Part shown: positions 31,425 through 41,079 of the stretch, one piece after another | Layout: every line of letters starts with the position of its first letter | How positions within the stretch are numbered: position 1 is the stretch's first letter | DNA from: Pirellulaceae bacterium | GTDB lineage: Bacteria > Planctomycetota > Planctomycetia > Pirellulales > Pirellulaceae | NCBI GenBank assembly: GCA_041398985.1 | Contig: JAWKTR010000016.1 | Location: forward strand, 32,984 to 96,983 | Length of the DNA stretch: 64,000 nucleotides | Direction: 5' to 3' | Program-made: the position numbers and the translations under genes | Notes under the pieces: model-generated | The model's database searches: none | The model's input: the letters and a program-made list of their open reading frames with translations, nothing else | Told to the model about the DNA's origin: nothing

Positions 31425-32432
31425 ATGTCGACGAAAAGAAGCCAGCGTTCGACGCGCCGGCATTATCGGCAGGCGACTGGCCCCCAAGTTCAGCCGGTAT
31501 CGGAAAAGGACGTCGCCCAGTTGCTCAGCGGTGGCTCACCCACTGAAGCCTCTACCACGTTGAAATGGAACTCAGGCAGGCCGAACACGGCTCGGGTCAA
31601 CAATATAAGTTGGGCGGCTACGGTTTGGCTGTTGATGATTCACGCGGGTGCACTCGCTGCGCCGTGGACGTTTTCTTGGTCTGGACTGGTCTTGGTAATT
31701 GTTCTGCATTGGGTGTGTGGCGGAATAGGTATTTGCTTGGGGTACCATCGTTTACTGACTCATGCTAGCTTTCTGACGCCCAAATGGATGAAGCGTGCCA
31801 TTGCCACGGTTGGTTGCTTGGCAGGCGAAGGTCCACCGATGATGTGGGTGGCCAATCATCGTCTGCACCATGCGCGTAGTGATCAAGAAGGCGACCCGCA
31901 CTCGCCGCGTGAAGGCTCGTGGTGGAGTCACGCTTTTTGGCTGGCCTTTCGCGTAGGTGGGAAAGATCCGAGCGAGTATTTCCGCAAATGGGCGCCGGAT
32001 TTGTATCGCGATCGATATATGCGCATGTTGGACTATGCATTCATTCCACTCAACGTGTTCAGTTCGCTGGCGATCATGGGGGCAGGATACCTGTATGGTG
32101 GTTGGCCTTATGCTGTCTCGTGGCTTGTGTGGGGTGTTGGTGTGCGAATGGTATTCGTGCTCCATTCTACCTGGCTCGTCAATTCGGCCAGTCATATGTG
32201 GGGCTACCGCAACTATGAGACTCGAGACGATAGTCGCAACAATTGGTGGGTAGCACTTTTGACGTACGGTGAAGGTTGGCACAATAATCACCATGCTCAT
32301 CCGCGCATGGCCAAGCATGGCCACAAGTGGTGGGAATTCGACTTTACGTTTAATACGATTCGCTTGATGAAAGCACTTGGCTTGGCTTCGGAAGTCGTTG
32401 ATTATCGCAGTCGAAGTGAAAAGCAGAGTTAG
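31425..32432 (+). CDS. Delta-9 acyl-lipid/acyl-CoA desaturase
   Basis: His boxes HRLLTH, HRLHH and HNNHH; GEGWHNNHH. Confidence 0.93.
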   Translation: MSTKRSQRSTRRHYRQATGPQVQPVSEKDVAQLLSGGSPTEASTTLKWNSGRPNTARVNNISWAATVWLLMIHAGALAAPWTFSWSGLVLVIVLHWVCGGIGICLGYHRLLTHASFLTPKWMKRAIATVGCLAGEGPPMMWVANHRLHHARSDQEGDPHSPREGSWWSHAFWLAFRVGGKDPSEYFRKWAPDLYRDRYMRMLDYAFIPLNVFSSLAIMGAGYLYGGWPYAVSWLVWGVGVRMVFVLHSTWLVNSASHMWGYRNYETRDDSRNNWWVALLTYGEGWHNNHHAHPRMAKHGHKWWEFDFTFNTIRLMKALGLASEVVDYRSRSEKQS

Positions 32433-32497
32433 GGCTTCGCGACATGTGGCATGCCAGTACTTCGAGTGCTTCATCAAGATCAGGATTGCGGTTGGAG

Positions 32498-32615
32498 GTA
32501 GTGGATCTTGCGAAAGATCCCTGCAGGACTTTGCCAAGTCCACTACCCTAAGATCCAGCTGGGCAAGCTTGGCTGGGAGCGACAGTTGTTGTCCGTCTCG
32601 GAGAGACTGACCTAC
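32498..32615. repeat. GTAG-type REP doublet plus a single REP
   Basis: GTAGTGGATCTTGCGAAAGATCC..GGACTTTGCCAAGTCCACTAC (32498-32546); minus-strand GTAGGTCAGTCTCTCCGAGACGGAC (32591-32615). Confidence 0.75.
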
Positions 32616-33430
32616 GTGGGGCTACGGAATATGAAGTTGTGAGTGCCCAGAGTTTCGTTGCGTGTGTGAGCAACTCTCCGAACCTCGTCCAGTGACACCG
32701 ATCGCGGTACTTCTTCGGCGGTTTCTGCGCAATAGCCAGCATCGGCGAACAACTGAAATGTCTGGAGCAAATTGGGGTTGATGACCGTCCCGGCGGGTTG
32801 GTGTTCGTTGACCGAGATTTCGACCATCCAGACGGGTTTGGGCGAGTGGTGAAGTAGTTTCGTTGCGCCTTGGAGCATCTGCCATTCTGCGCCTTCGATG
32901 TCGACCAGAACCAGACATTTTCGGCCCTGCAGACGCTCGCCCAGGACGTTGTCGACCGTTGACATGGGGACCAGCAAGGGCTTGTCGGACTGCCCTGCCC
33001 AGCCCCGAATGAGCGAGGCCCCTGTTCCACTTCCGTAAATCTCAGCAATGCCGATCCGCGAACTTAGAGCCATTGAGAAAATCTCGATCGAGTCCTGCCA
33101 TCCGTTGAGCTGCATGTTGAGCATTAATCGCTCCAGGTTGCTCGGGATAGGTTCGAAGGCGATGACATGTTTCTGCTGCGCGAGCGCCAAACAGCAGTAA
33201 TAACCAACGTTTGCTCCGATGTTTACCAACACGTCCACGTCCAAGATCAGACGTTGGAATAATTGAGTTTCAACCGGCTCGAAATTCCCCGATTGCATCG
33301 CTTCATCACCAGCCAGCCAAAATCCATGTGGAGTCTGGACTGGCGGGCGAAGCAGATGGCGGCTCGCGCGATAGGCTCGATAGGTTGCGTTGAGTCGGGG
33401 GAATCGTCGCAGTACTTGCTTGCCAATCAT
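32612..33430 (-). CDS. FkbM family methyltransferase
   Basis: VNIGANVGYY, VIAFEP, LVDIEGAEWQMLQGA. Confidence 0.88.
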   Translation of the reverse strand: MIGKQVLRRFPRLNATYRAYRASRHLLRPPVQTPHGFWLAGDEAMQSGNFEPVETQLFQRLILDVDVLVNIGANVGYYCCLALAQQKHVIAFEPIPSNLERLMLNMQLNGWQDSIEIFSMALSSRIGIAEIYGSGTGASLIRGWAGQSDKPLLVPMSTVDNVLGERLQGRKCLVLVDIEGAEWQMLQGATKLLHHSPKPVWMVEISVNEHQPAGTVINPNLLQTFQLFADAGYCAETAEEVPRSVSLDEVRRVAHTRNETLGTHNFIFRSPT

Positions 33431-33619
33431 GCGAAATTCCTTAGGCTTGGCCCACGATTTGGTTCCTTGGTCATGCCGTCATGGTATCAAGGCGTTGGTG
33501 TGCGGGCCTACCCCAAAGTCTGAGCAAATTGAGGCTCAGTGCGTTCCCCGGCAACGCAATGTTTGTGTCACAGCCTGGGCGGAATCGCGGGCAGTTGATC
33601 TAGTGAGCCGCAACTTCGA

Positions 33620-33761
33620 AGTGAACCTCAGGCGCTAGCCGTGGGCTCTTACAGCTCCTAACCTCAGGACTGAGGACGGGGGAGCCCACGGCTAGCGCCT
33701 GAGGTTCACTGAGGTAACCCAAGAAGCCCACGGCTAGCGCCGCTAGCGCCTGAGGTTCACT
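33620..33761. repeat. REP/BIME-like cluster
   Basis: Perfect 28-bp inverted pair at 33620-33647 and 33683-33710, plus a third copy with an internal duplication. Confidence 0.88.
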
Positions 33762-33788
33762 GGCAGATAGATCAGCCGACAATAGGAT

Positions 33789-34901
33789 TCAAGCCAACTG
33801 AATGCGTTGCTCACCCAGCCAGCTTGCGTAGGTGCCTGCCGCAATTTGTTCGCGGGCGGCGGCCATCAACTGCTGATAAAAAGTCAAGTTGTGATGGGTT
33901 AACAGGATAGGCCCGAGCATTTCTCCAGCGATGAACAGGTGCCGTAAATAGGCTTTGCTGTGTCGGCAAGCTAGGCAGGGGCAGTGCTCGTCAATCGGCG
34001 TCGGATCGTCAGCGTATTGAGCATTGCGCAAGCGCAGGCTGCCGGTCCAGGTGAAGCCCAGCGCGTTGCGACCGTTGCGGGTTGGCATCACGCAATCGAA
34101 CATATCGATCCCATGCGCGATGCCTTCTAAAAGGTCAATCGGTCGGCCCACGCCCATCAGGTAGCGTGGTTTGTCCGTTGGGAGATGCGCAGTCGTGGCT
34201 TCGATGATTCGTACCATTTCCTCGGGTGGTTCACCGACGCTCAGCCCGCCGACCGCGAAACCATCGAAGGGTAGCGCGGTTAGGCCCGCGGCGCTAGCGA
34301 TTCGCAAATCGACGTCTAAACCACCTTGCACGATAGCGAACTTGGCTTGTTCGGGGCGTTGGGCTGCGGAGAGGCAGCGTTGGGCCCAGCGGGTCGAACG
34401 CTGCATGGCTTCTTCAACCAGCGGACGTTCCGCTGGTAACGCGACGACATGGTCTAGTACCATGGCGATGTCGCTTCCCAAACGCTCTTGGATGGCGATC
34501 GATTCCTCAGGCGTTAATTCCAATCGTCGCCCATCGATATGCGACTGAAAAACGGCACCTTGCTCGGTGATTTTGGCGACCTTGGACAAGCTAAAAATCT
34601 GAAATCCGCCACTGTCAGTCAAGATTGGGCCATTCCAGCCCATGAACCGATGTAGTCCGCCGAGCCGCTCAACACGATCGCTTCCAGGGCGAAGTTCCAG
34701 ATGGTAGGTATTGCCCAGGATGAGCTGGGCACCAGTCGACCTCACATTGTCAATGGTCATTCCCTTGACGGTGGCGAGGGTGCCAACCGGCATAAAAACC
34801 GGCGTTGGCAGGCTGCCACGAGGTGTCGTCAGCGTTCCCAATCGCGCTGAGCAATGCGGGTCGGTCTGGCGTAGTTCGAAACCGAACCCGATAGCGGCCA
34901 T
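33789..34901 (-). CDS. tgt: tRNA-guanine transglycosylase
   Basis: [44 protein letters not shown], Zn ligands CPCLAC..H. Confidence 0.97.
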   Translation of the reverse strand: MAAIGFGFELRQTDPHCSARLGTLTTPRGSLPTPVFMPVGTLATVKGMTIDNVRSTGAQLILGNTYHLELRPGSDRVERLGGLHRFMGWNGPILTDSGGFQIFSLSKVAKITEQGAVFQSHIDGRRLELTPEESIAIQERLGSDIAMVLDHVVALPAERPLVEEAMQRSTRWAQRCLSAAQRPEQAKFAIVQGGLDVDLRIASAAGLTALPFDGFAVGGLSVGEPPEEMVRIIEATTAHLPTDKPRYLMGVGRPIDLLEGIAHGIDMFDCVMPTRNGRNALGFTWTGSLRLRNAQYADDPTPIDEHCPCLACRHSKAYLRHLFIAGEMLGPILLTHHNLTFYQQLMAAAREQIAAGTYASWLGEQRIQLA

Positions 34902-34904
34902 AGC

Positions 34905-36230
34905 TTAGTCACCGCGAAGCTTGAGGCCCATGATTTCTAACTTGGCGCGGACTTCATTCAAGCTGGTCACGCCAAAATTCTTGGACTCGAGCAAGTCGTC
35001 GCCCGTCTTGCGAATCAATTCGGAAATGGTGTTGATGCCCAAACGGACCATGCATTTGCGCGCCCGCACCGAAAGGTTCAAGTCCGAAATCGGACGATCC
35101 AGCACGGCCTGCTGATCGGGTGTCATGCCCGAAGTATCCAATGGTGGATCAGGTTCCCGCTGATGCTCGGCCAATTGCCCCAAGGAAAGACCTTTGTAGG
35201 ACAGCATCTCGCGGATTTCTACCAAACTCGTCTCGCCAAAGTTCTTGCTGGCCAGCAACTGTTGTTCGGTGGTGCGAACTAAGTCCCCCAAGGTCTCGAC
35301 GCCCATTTTCTGCAAGCAGTTGCGACTCCGTACGGACAGTTCGAAGTCGTTTACGGAGATACTGAGCAGTTGTCCCATGCGCTCCGATTGCCGCGCATTG
35401 TCTTCGTCGTAATAGACATTGCCAGAAGCGGACGCGTCCTTCATATACAGCCGAGCCCGAGGGTGATCGGGATAGACATCTAAAATACGCTTGTAGCAGG
35501 CTTGGGCTTTGGTGAAGTCGTTACGATCTTCGTAGACAATGCCCAAATTGATGAGCGTGCCCACGTGGGCGGGAAAGCAGGACGCGGCTCGTTCATACAA
35601 TCGCAGCGCTTCGTCGTCATTTCCCTTACGATCGTTTTCCAGAGCCAATCCAAACAGCGCGCCAGGATGCCGATCGTCGTACTGCAACGCTCGGTTGTAC
35701 AGCCGAAGTACTTCATCAAAGTTGGCATCGCGGGTAGCGACTGTCGCACCACGCTGGTAGTTGTATTCAGCAGTCTGTTCAGCTGGACCAAAAATATTGT
35801 CCAGAATGTCCATCGCCTCCTGCAACTTGCCCTGGTAACGCAGCACTTCGGCACTGGCGATTTGGCATTGATCCGCATCGTATCCAGCCGTCTTGGCCGA
35901 CTGGAAAGCCTCCAAGGCCTCCGCGTAGTTATCCAGCTGGAAATGGCTCTTGGCCAAGTAGTACAACGCCAAAGCGCTGCCGTCGGCGTGCGAAAGAGTC
36001 TCCTGCGCTTCGCTGAATTTGCCAACCAAATACTGACTTACGCCCAAACGAACCGCTTGCGCAGGACTGGCATTCTCGATTTGACTGAGCTCATTCACCG
36101 CATCCCGCAGTACGCCAAGCTGGCTGTAGTCCTCGGATATTGTCTTGCAAATACGCTGAATTTCACCGGGCCCGAAGGATTGGTTGGAGACGACAATGTC
36201 TCGCACATCTAGCACCGAAGTTTCCGTCAT
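34905..36230 (-). CDS. TPR protein with two RNA polymerase alpha-CTD-like domains
   Basis: TPR array followed by ELSVRSRNCLQKMGVETLGDL..KNFGETSLVEI and NLSVRARKCMVRLGINTISEL..KNFGVTSLNEV. Confidence 0.9.
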   Translation of the reverse strand: MTETSVLDVRDIVVSNQSFGPGEIQRICKTISEDYSQLGVLRDAVNELSQIENASPAQAVRLGVSQYLVGKFSEAQETLSHADGSALALYYLAKSHFQLDNYAEALEAFQSAKTAGYDADQCQIASAEVLRYQGKLQEAMDILDNIFGPAEQTAEYNYQRGATVATRDANFDEVLRLYNRALQYDDRHPGALFGLALENDRKGNDDEALRLYERAASCFPAHVGTLINLGIVYEDRNDFTKAQACYKRILDVYPDHPRARLYMKDASASGNVYYDEDNARQSERMGQLLSISVNDFELSVRSRNCLQKMGVETLGDLVRTTEQQLLASKNFGETSLVEIREMLSYKGLSLGQLAEHQREPDPPLDTSGMTPDQQAVLDRPISDLNLSVRARKCMVRLGINTISELIRKTGDDLLESKNFGVTSLNEVRAKLEIMGLKLRGD

Positions 36231-36333
36231 CCTGAAATGACTCCTGGGATTGCAAAGTAAAGTTGCGGCGAATGAGCGACAACGCTGGTTTGGGAAGGCA
36301 AGCCTTTGACCAAACTCTGTAGCTATTTATGAG

Positions 36334-36407
36334 AGCCAGCGGCGGGAGTCGAACCCGCAACCCCCGCATTACGAATGCGGTGCTCTGCCAATTGAAGCTA
36401 CGCTGGC
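36334..36407 (-). tRNA. tRNA-Thr(CGT)
   Basis: GCCAGCG acceptor stem, CCGCA-TTCGTAA-TGCGG anticodon arm, GGTTCGACTCC T-arm; no encoded CCA. Confidence 0.95.
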
Positions 36408-36528
36408 GACCTAAGTTAAAGCAGTGCGGTCACTTGGGGAATCCAGAAGTTTAACCCCAGACCCCCGAAATGGTCAAGTGCCGTTAGAAGTACGGCAGGG
36501 CAACAGGGCAACGCAGTTTTTTCAATCT

Positions 36529-36664
36529 GTAGTGGACTTCGCCAGAAGTCCCTTCCGTGGACTTCGCCAGAAGTCCCTTCCGTGGACTTCGCCAGAAGTC
36601 CCTTCCGTGGACTTCGCCAGAAGTCCCTTCCGTGAAACCAGAGACTTCTGGCGAAGTCTACTAC
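36529..36664. repeat. Tandem 25-bp REP-derived array with an inverted closing copy
   Basis: GTGGACTTCGCCAGAAGTCCCTTCC x4 (36532-36631) and inverted GACTTCTGGCGAAGTCTACTAC (36643-36664). Confidence 0.9.
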
Positions 36665-36779
36665 AACACTTAGCGCAAGTTGTAAAACTGAGTGGCCCTG
36701 AGGAGGACGGCAATCACGCGGAGACTAAGCGGTTATATCACTTGTGGTGGTGCCCATTTCTCGTTGGGGGGCTCCTGGC

Positions 36780-38104
36780 CTAGCTGGCAGGCGATTGGGC
36801 TCGAGCCACCCGGAGACCAAGTTCTGGTTTGGTCTCGGTCAGGATTTCTGTTAGCTCACGGCGGATTTCGGGCGTTAAATGGGCGAATTGTTCAGTCGCC
36901 ATTTCGCCGCTAAGTATGCGTCCAAGTTTGTCGACAATTTGCGAGCGAACTTCCGGTGGCAAGCCGTCAAATGCAGGGTTATAAATCAAATAGCTGCAGG
37001 GATAGCGGAAAACGCGGGTCGTTAAATCCAAGTCTCGCAAGCTGCGACCCTGCGTATCTCGCTGGCCGCGAGCCTCGAATTCTTGCTGAAAATTGCTGCT
37101 ACCCGATACGGGAGCTGTCAATTGGAACTCGCCGCAATGCAGTAAATACTTGAGCACATTGTCCGCCGCTGCATCAATCCTGCATGCGCACTGTCGCTGA
37201 TAAAATCCGGGGCGCGTTCCAGCAACTCATTCATCTGATACGACTGGTGCAAGGCGACGCGCGTTCATAGTTAGCTGCCGCGAGCATTGTGCATCTGAGT
37301 TTGATGCTCCATCACCATTAAAGCGACGATGTCACTGTGGGCAGACAAGTAGGGCTCGGTAGAAACCAAGTCTTCCAGACTTTCGCGATTGGCTCCCGCA
37401 TCAAGGTTTGCGCCGCGCGTGTTGTCCTCGGTAAATACTTGGTTGCCCATGTGCCGCATGCTGCCATGTTTTCCGGTTACATACCAGCCTCCCCACCGCT
37501 CCTGCATAGGGCTGGTATGGTCCGTCGTGTAGGTGCCGCTGCCCAAGATCGGTTGGCCACTACGGTCGGAGTAGACGCTGCGCACGAGGTAACCCGGTAC
37601 TCCTTGCGTACGATTCGTCGCATGACAAGCGAGACATTGGCCTTGGTCGCGGACAAACTTGGGCTGCCCATCTGGCGATTGCTTCAGCGTATAAAAGGTT
37701 GCGCCCTGCTTAGCATCCGTCGCAGCGAACTCCAGCACATCACCACGCTGGCAATAACCCACATACACGTCGTCGCTGAAGTACAGGGCGCGCGGGCGGC
37801 GCGGCGAAATGCGGTGCAGTTGCAGACTAGTTTTTGAAAAGACAAGTGTCTGTGAACTGATCGGTACGTCCAAGGCCTTAAGCACTGCAGGTAGATAGCC
37901 ATGCTCTGGGTCATATTCGAGTTGTGTTTTGCCCGCCGCCAATTGGGAGGCTAGCTCGGCGACTGGATCATGAACCTCAGCTTCAAGGTACCGAATCGGC
38001 TCGCCCTCATAGGCCACCTGCCCAAAGGCCATGGCGGCTGCTGTCGAAAGTACCAGAGCTGCAACCAGACTCAAGATTTGATGCGGGTTGTTCGGTAATC
38101 GCAT
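36780..38104 (-). CDS. Secreted protein with a single CxxCH motif (about three 1-nt deletions at 37160-37290)
   Basis: Signal peptide; FSKTSLQ, PRALYFSDDVYVG, CLACH, RWGGWYVTG, SDIVALMVMEHQ. Restored bridge MHNALAAANYETR..DNVLKYLL. Confidence 0.75.
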
Positions 38105-38442
38105 GGTCGTGCCTCGCGTAAGGTGGGATATTTCCGGCGAGATAGAGTGGGTTACTGTACTCTTAGCATAGAAACGATAATTCTATACGTCAAGATGTAT
38201 TTTATGGCGTCAGGTGTTTAAGTATGGTAGAAAAGGTTGTTCCGTTCCAGGATCTCGATCCCAGCCCACTGGAGTTTGACCATGTGTGCTATTCTGCCGT
38301 CGTTGGGTGTGTGGCTTGGCTCCTGAGCCCATCGCTGTTGTACGCCCAGTTGCTCGACGACCGGCAATTCGGGCGCTGGCCCGTGAAGCCAAGACAATCC
38401 GTTTTGCGGAGACTGACCTGAATCAACTTTCGCCACACTGGA

Positions 38443-39159
38443 ATGTCGCTCCGCTTGTCGTTTCGGGCGCAGCATCCGCAAGCGGCGATCGAGGCGATGA
38501 ATAAGCATGTTGAGTACATTGTGGTAGAGTACGGCCTGCTGTACGGCCTGTCGCCTGGGCAACAATCGAAATTGCTAACGGCTGCATTGCTGGATGCCCG
38601 CAAGTTCATGCGGCGATTGCGCGGCGACGAAGTACCCGATCCGCCAGACCTGATCCAAGCGAAAATGCAAGCCGAGCGAATTGGAGTGCAGCTCAGTGTT
38701 CCGCCATGCATCGTAGATCAAGACATTTTAGGAGCGGATTCGTATTTTGCGAAGATGCATGCGCAATTGGTTACCGCCGAGCAACGCAAATTCGCCGAAC
38801 AACGGCTGGTTGTATTGCGCAAGAGCTGGGTCGAGGCTTCGACTTGGGGAGACTTGCTGAATTGGCTTAGCCGTCGCAGTCGACTGTCCGTGGGGCAAAA
38901 AGCGCGGTTGAATTCAGTCCTGCTTCGGTCTGGGCCCAAGGTTGGGATGCGCACAGCCACGGATCTGCTTGCCCAACTAGGCACGCTCGCGCCAGAGCAG
39001 CTCGGTGCAATTCTGAGTGAACATCAATTGACGGAGATTGATATGCTGATGCAGGCTTGCGGTATCTCACGCCAGAATGAGACATCGAGTACGATTACCC
39101 AGACAGACGGCAGTCCAATAACGACAGACGGCAATCCAATAACGAAAGTGCGGCCATGA
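38443..39159 (+). CDS. Hypothetical protein (may extend 5' to about 38224 across an in-frame stop)
   Basis: 238-aa ORF overlapping the next gene (ATGA); the upstream same-frame ORF has a signal-peptide-like stretch. Confidence 0.5.
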   Translation: MSLRLSFRAQHPQAAIEAMNKHVEYIVVEYGLLYGLSPGQQSKLLTAALLDARKFMRRLRGDEVPDPPDLIQAKMQAERIGVQLSVPPCIVDQDILGADSYFAKMHAQLVTAEQRKFAEQRLVVLRKSWVEASTWGDLLNWLSRRSRLSVGQKARLNSVLLRSGPKVGMRTATDLLAQLGTLAPEQLGAILSEHQLTEIDMLMQACGISRQNETSSTITQTDGSPITTDGNPITKVRP

Positions 39160-39419
39160 GTGATCCGCGATCGCCTCAAATAGTTGCTTCCTTTGCGCAC
39201 GAAATGCCTGCTGGTATTTTGGCCAACGAGCTACAGAGCCACGGCATCGAGGCTCGGGTGGTTGGTGCTACGCTCGCGGGGCTCGCGGCGGAAGCGCCGG
39301 CCGAGGTATCGGTGGTGGTACCCGCCGAGCAGTTTGCGGCCGCGCAGGTGATCGTGCGCGAGTTCGAAGGAGGCGACGTTGATTGGTCGCAAGTTGACGT
39401 CGGCGAGCCCTTAAACTAA
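39156..39419 (+). CDS. DUF2007-like small protein
   Basis: AGILANELQSHGIEARV..VSVVVPAEQFAAAQVIV. Confidence 0.7.
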   Translation: MSDPRSPQIVASFAHEMPAGILANELQSHGIEARVVGATLAGLAAEAPAEVSVVVPAEQFAAAQVIVREFEGGDVDWSQVDVGEPLN

Positions 39420-39461
39420 CCAACCCCGTGCGTTTTAGGCAATGACGTTGGCTGAAGCGTC

Positions 39462-40553
39462 ATGGCCGTCATCAGAGAAGTTATCGCAGTTATGTCCTCG
39501 CTCAGTGTCGGATACATTCGCAACCCGCTCGCAGATTGGTTTTGGTTCATTCTCTTGCCGCCATTGGCAATAGGCTTTGCTTTGCTCAGTGAAGCTTGGC
39601 TGAGCTTCGTAGCCCTGGCTTCTGTAAACTTGTGGATTACCGTTCCGCATCACTTCGGTACTTGGTGTCGCACCTATGGGTTACGCGAAGACTGGCAGCG
39701 ATTTCGTTCCCGAGTGGTCATAGGACCGATCGTAATTGTGTTGGCTGTCTTGTCTGGTTTGGTTTGGGCTCCGCTGACAATTTTCTTGGTGACGATGCTG
39801 TGGGACCACCAGCACAGCGTCATGCAGCAACATGGATTGGCGCGGATTTACGATTTCAAAGCGCAAGCTGGCGGACCACAGACCGGCAAGCTGGATTTGT
39901 GGTTGAACATTGTGCTCTTTGTGAACCACTTGGTTACTGTTCCCCTGTGGACAGAGATTTGGGTGCAACAGTGTTATACGTGGAGGTTACCCATCGACGC
40001 GCCAACTGTGCAAATGATTCAAGCGTTCAGCTACCTAGGCACAGGTTGTTTCGTGATCTATTACCTTCTGCAGTTATCGCAGGCGATCAAGAGCGGCTAC
40101 AAAGTCAACCCAATGAAGTACGCGTTCTTGCTGTCCAGCTATGCACTATGGTATTACGCAGGCTGGCACACGGATTCGATTTTGGTGTATGGCGTCGCGC
40201 ATCGGATCATGCACGGGTTGCAATACTTGGTAATTGTCTATTGGTTCTTGGAACGCAAGCACGCGACTAGTAGCACTAAGCCGTGGATGTTGCCGAAACT
40301 GAATGTATGGTTTTTCGCAATCGTTGGATTGGCTTATTCGCTGGCTTTCCAACTATTACTCCTGAAACCGCTTAGCGACTTCGGATTTGGATTACCGCTG
40401 TTGCCAGCATCCCCATCTACTGATGCGATAGCGATTAACCGTAGCTACGAGATCTACGCGGCGACCCTCATTGCGTCGACCGCCTTGATTCACTACTACT
40501 TTGACTCGTTCATTTGGAAAATCCGCGATGAAAAAACGCAACAAGGGCTCTAG
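39462..40553 (+). CDS. Multi-pass membrane protein with several His motifs
   Basis: About 8-10 hydrophobic segments; PHHFGT, WDHQH, AHRIMHGLQY, IHYYFDSFIWK. Confidence 0.75.
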   Translation: MAVIREVIAVMSSLSVGYIRNPLADWFWFILLPPLAIGFALLSEAWLSFVALASVNLWITVPHHFGTWCRTYGLREDWQRFRSRVVIGPIVIVLAVLSGLVWAPLTIFLVTMLWDHQHSVMQQHGLARIYDFKAQAGGPQTGKLDLWLNIVLFVNHLVTVPLWTEIWVQQCYTWRLPIDAPTVQMIQAFSYLGTGCFVIYYLLQLSQAIKSGYKVNPMKYAFLLSSYALWYYAGWHTDSILVYGVAHRIMHGLQYLVIVYWFLERKHATSSTKPWMLPKLNVWFFAIVGLAYSLAFQLLLLKPLSDFGFGLPLLPASPSTDAIAINRSYEIYAATLIASTALIHYYFDSFIWKIRDEKTQQGL

Positions 40554-41061
40554 CCAGCCGGCGCACACCGCTGTTTCCCCGCGCGGTCCCATGTTTCTCT
40601 TGCGAGACTACAAATTTCTCGGCGTGGTCTTGTTGCTTGCGATCCCCCTTGGGATCATCGAAGCCTCACGTAACGATTTGCCACGTTCCAATGGCGAAGT
40701 GCCGCCTGAATGGTTGTTGGATGCCAACAAGAATTTGCCGCAGACGTTAGTGGAGTTGTACCCGCAGCGAAGCCAAGGGTATCTACTGCGTTCATTTCAA
40801 GCTGGCATGTGTTGGGATAATGGCTATCAGATGGAGGTTTGCGAGCAGTTTCCATACAAAGACCTGCGCGATGTGCGCGCAGCCTTGCAAGTCGCTATTG
40901 ATTTGGGCGGTGCCAAAGACCAAGAGGAGCTGTTTCACTTTTATGCCTTCACACTGGCAAAGTTCGGCGAGTCGCCGGAGGTTGTAGATCAAGCCGTTGC
41001 GCTGTGGCGCAAGCATTTTCCACACTCGCGGAAGCCCGATCCACGCACGCTTGTCAACTAG
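40528..41061 (+). CDS. Hypothetical membrane-anchored helical protein
   Basis: Single TM followed by a helical domain; overlaps the previous stop. Confidence 0.6.
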   Translation: MKKRNKGSSQPAHTAVSPRGPMFLLRDYKFLGVVLLLAIPLGIIEASRNDLPRSNGEVPPEWLLDANKNLPQTLVELYPQRSQGYLLRSFQAGMCWDNGYQMEVCEQFPYKDLRDVRAALQVAIDLGGAKDQEELFHFYAFTLAKFGESPEVVDQAVALWRKHFPHSRKPDPRTLVN

Positions 41062-41079
41062 AGAAACTGGACGCCTGTC

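Noticed and set aside
36230-36334. Genomic island integrated at tRNA-Thr
   Set aside because: No integrase and no duplicated tRNA 3' end; a conserved-type gene follows directly.
36532-36631. CRISPR array
   Set aside because: Units are directly adjacent with no spacers, there are no cas genes, and the unit derives from a REP.
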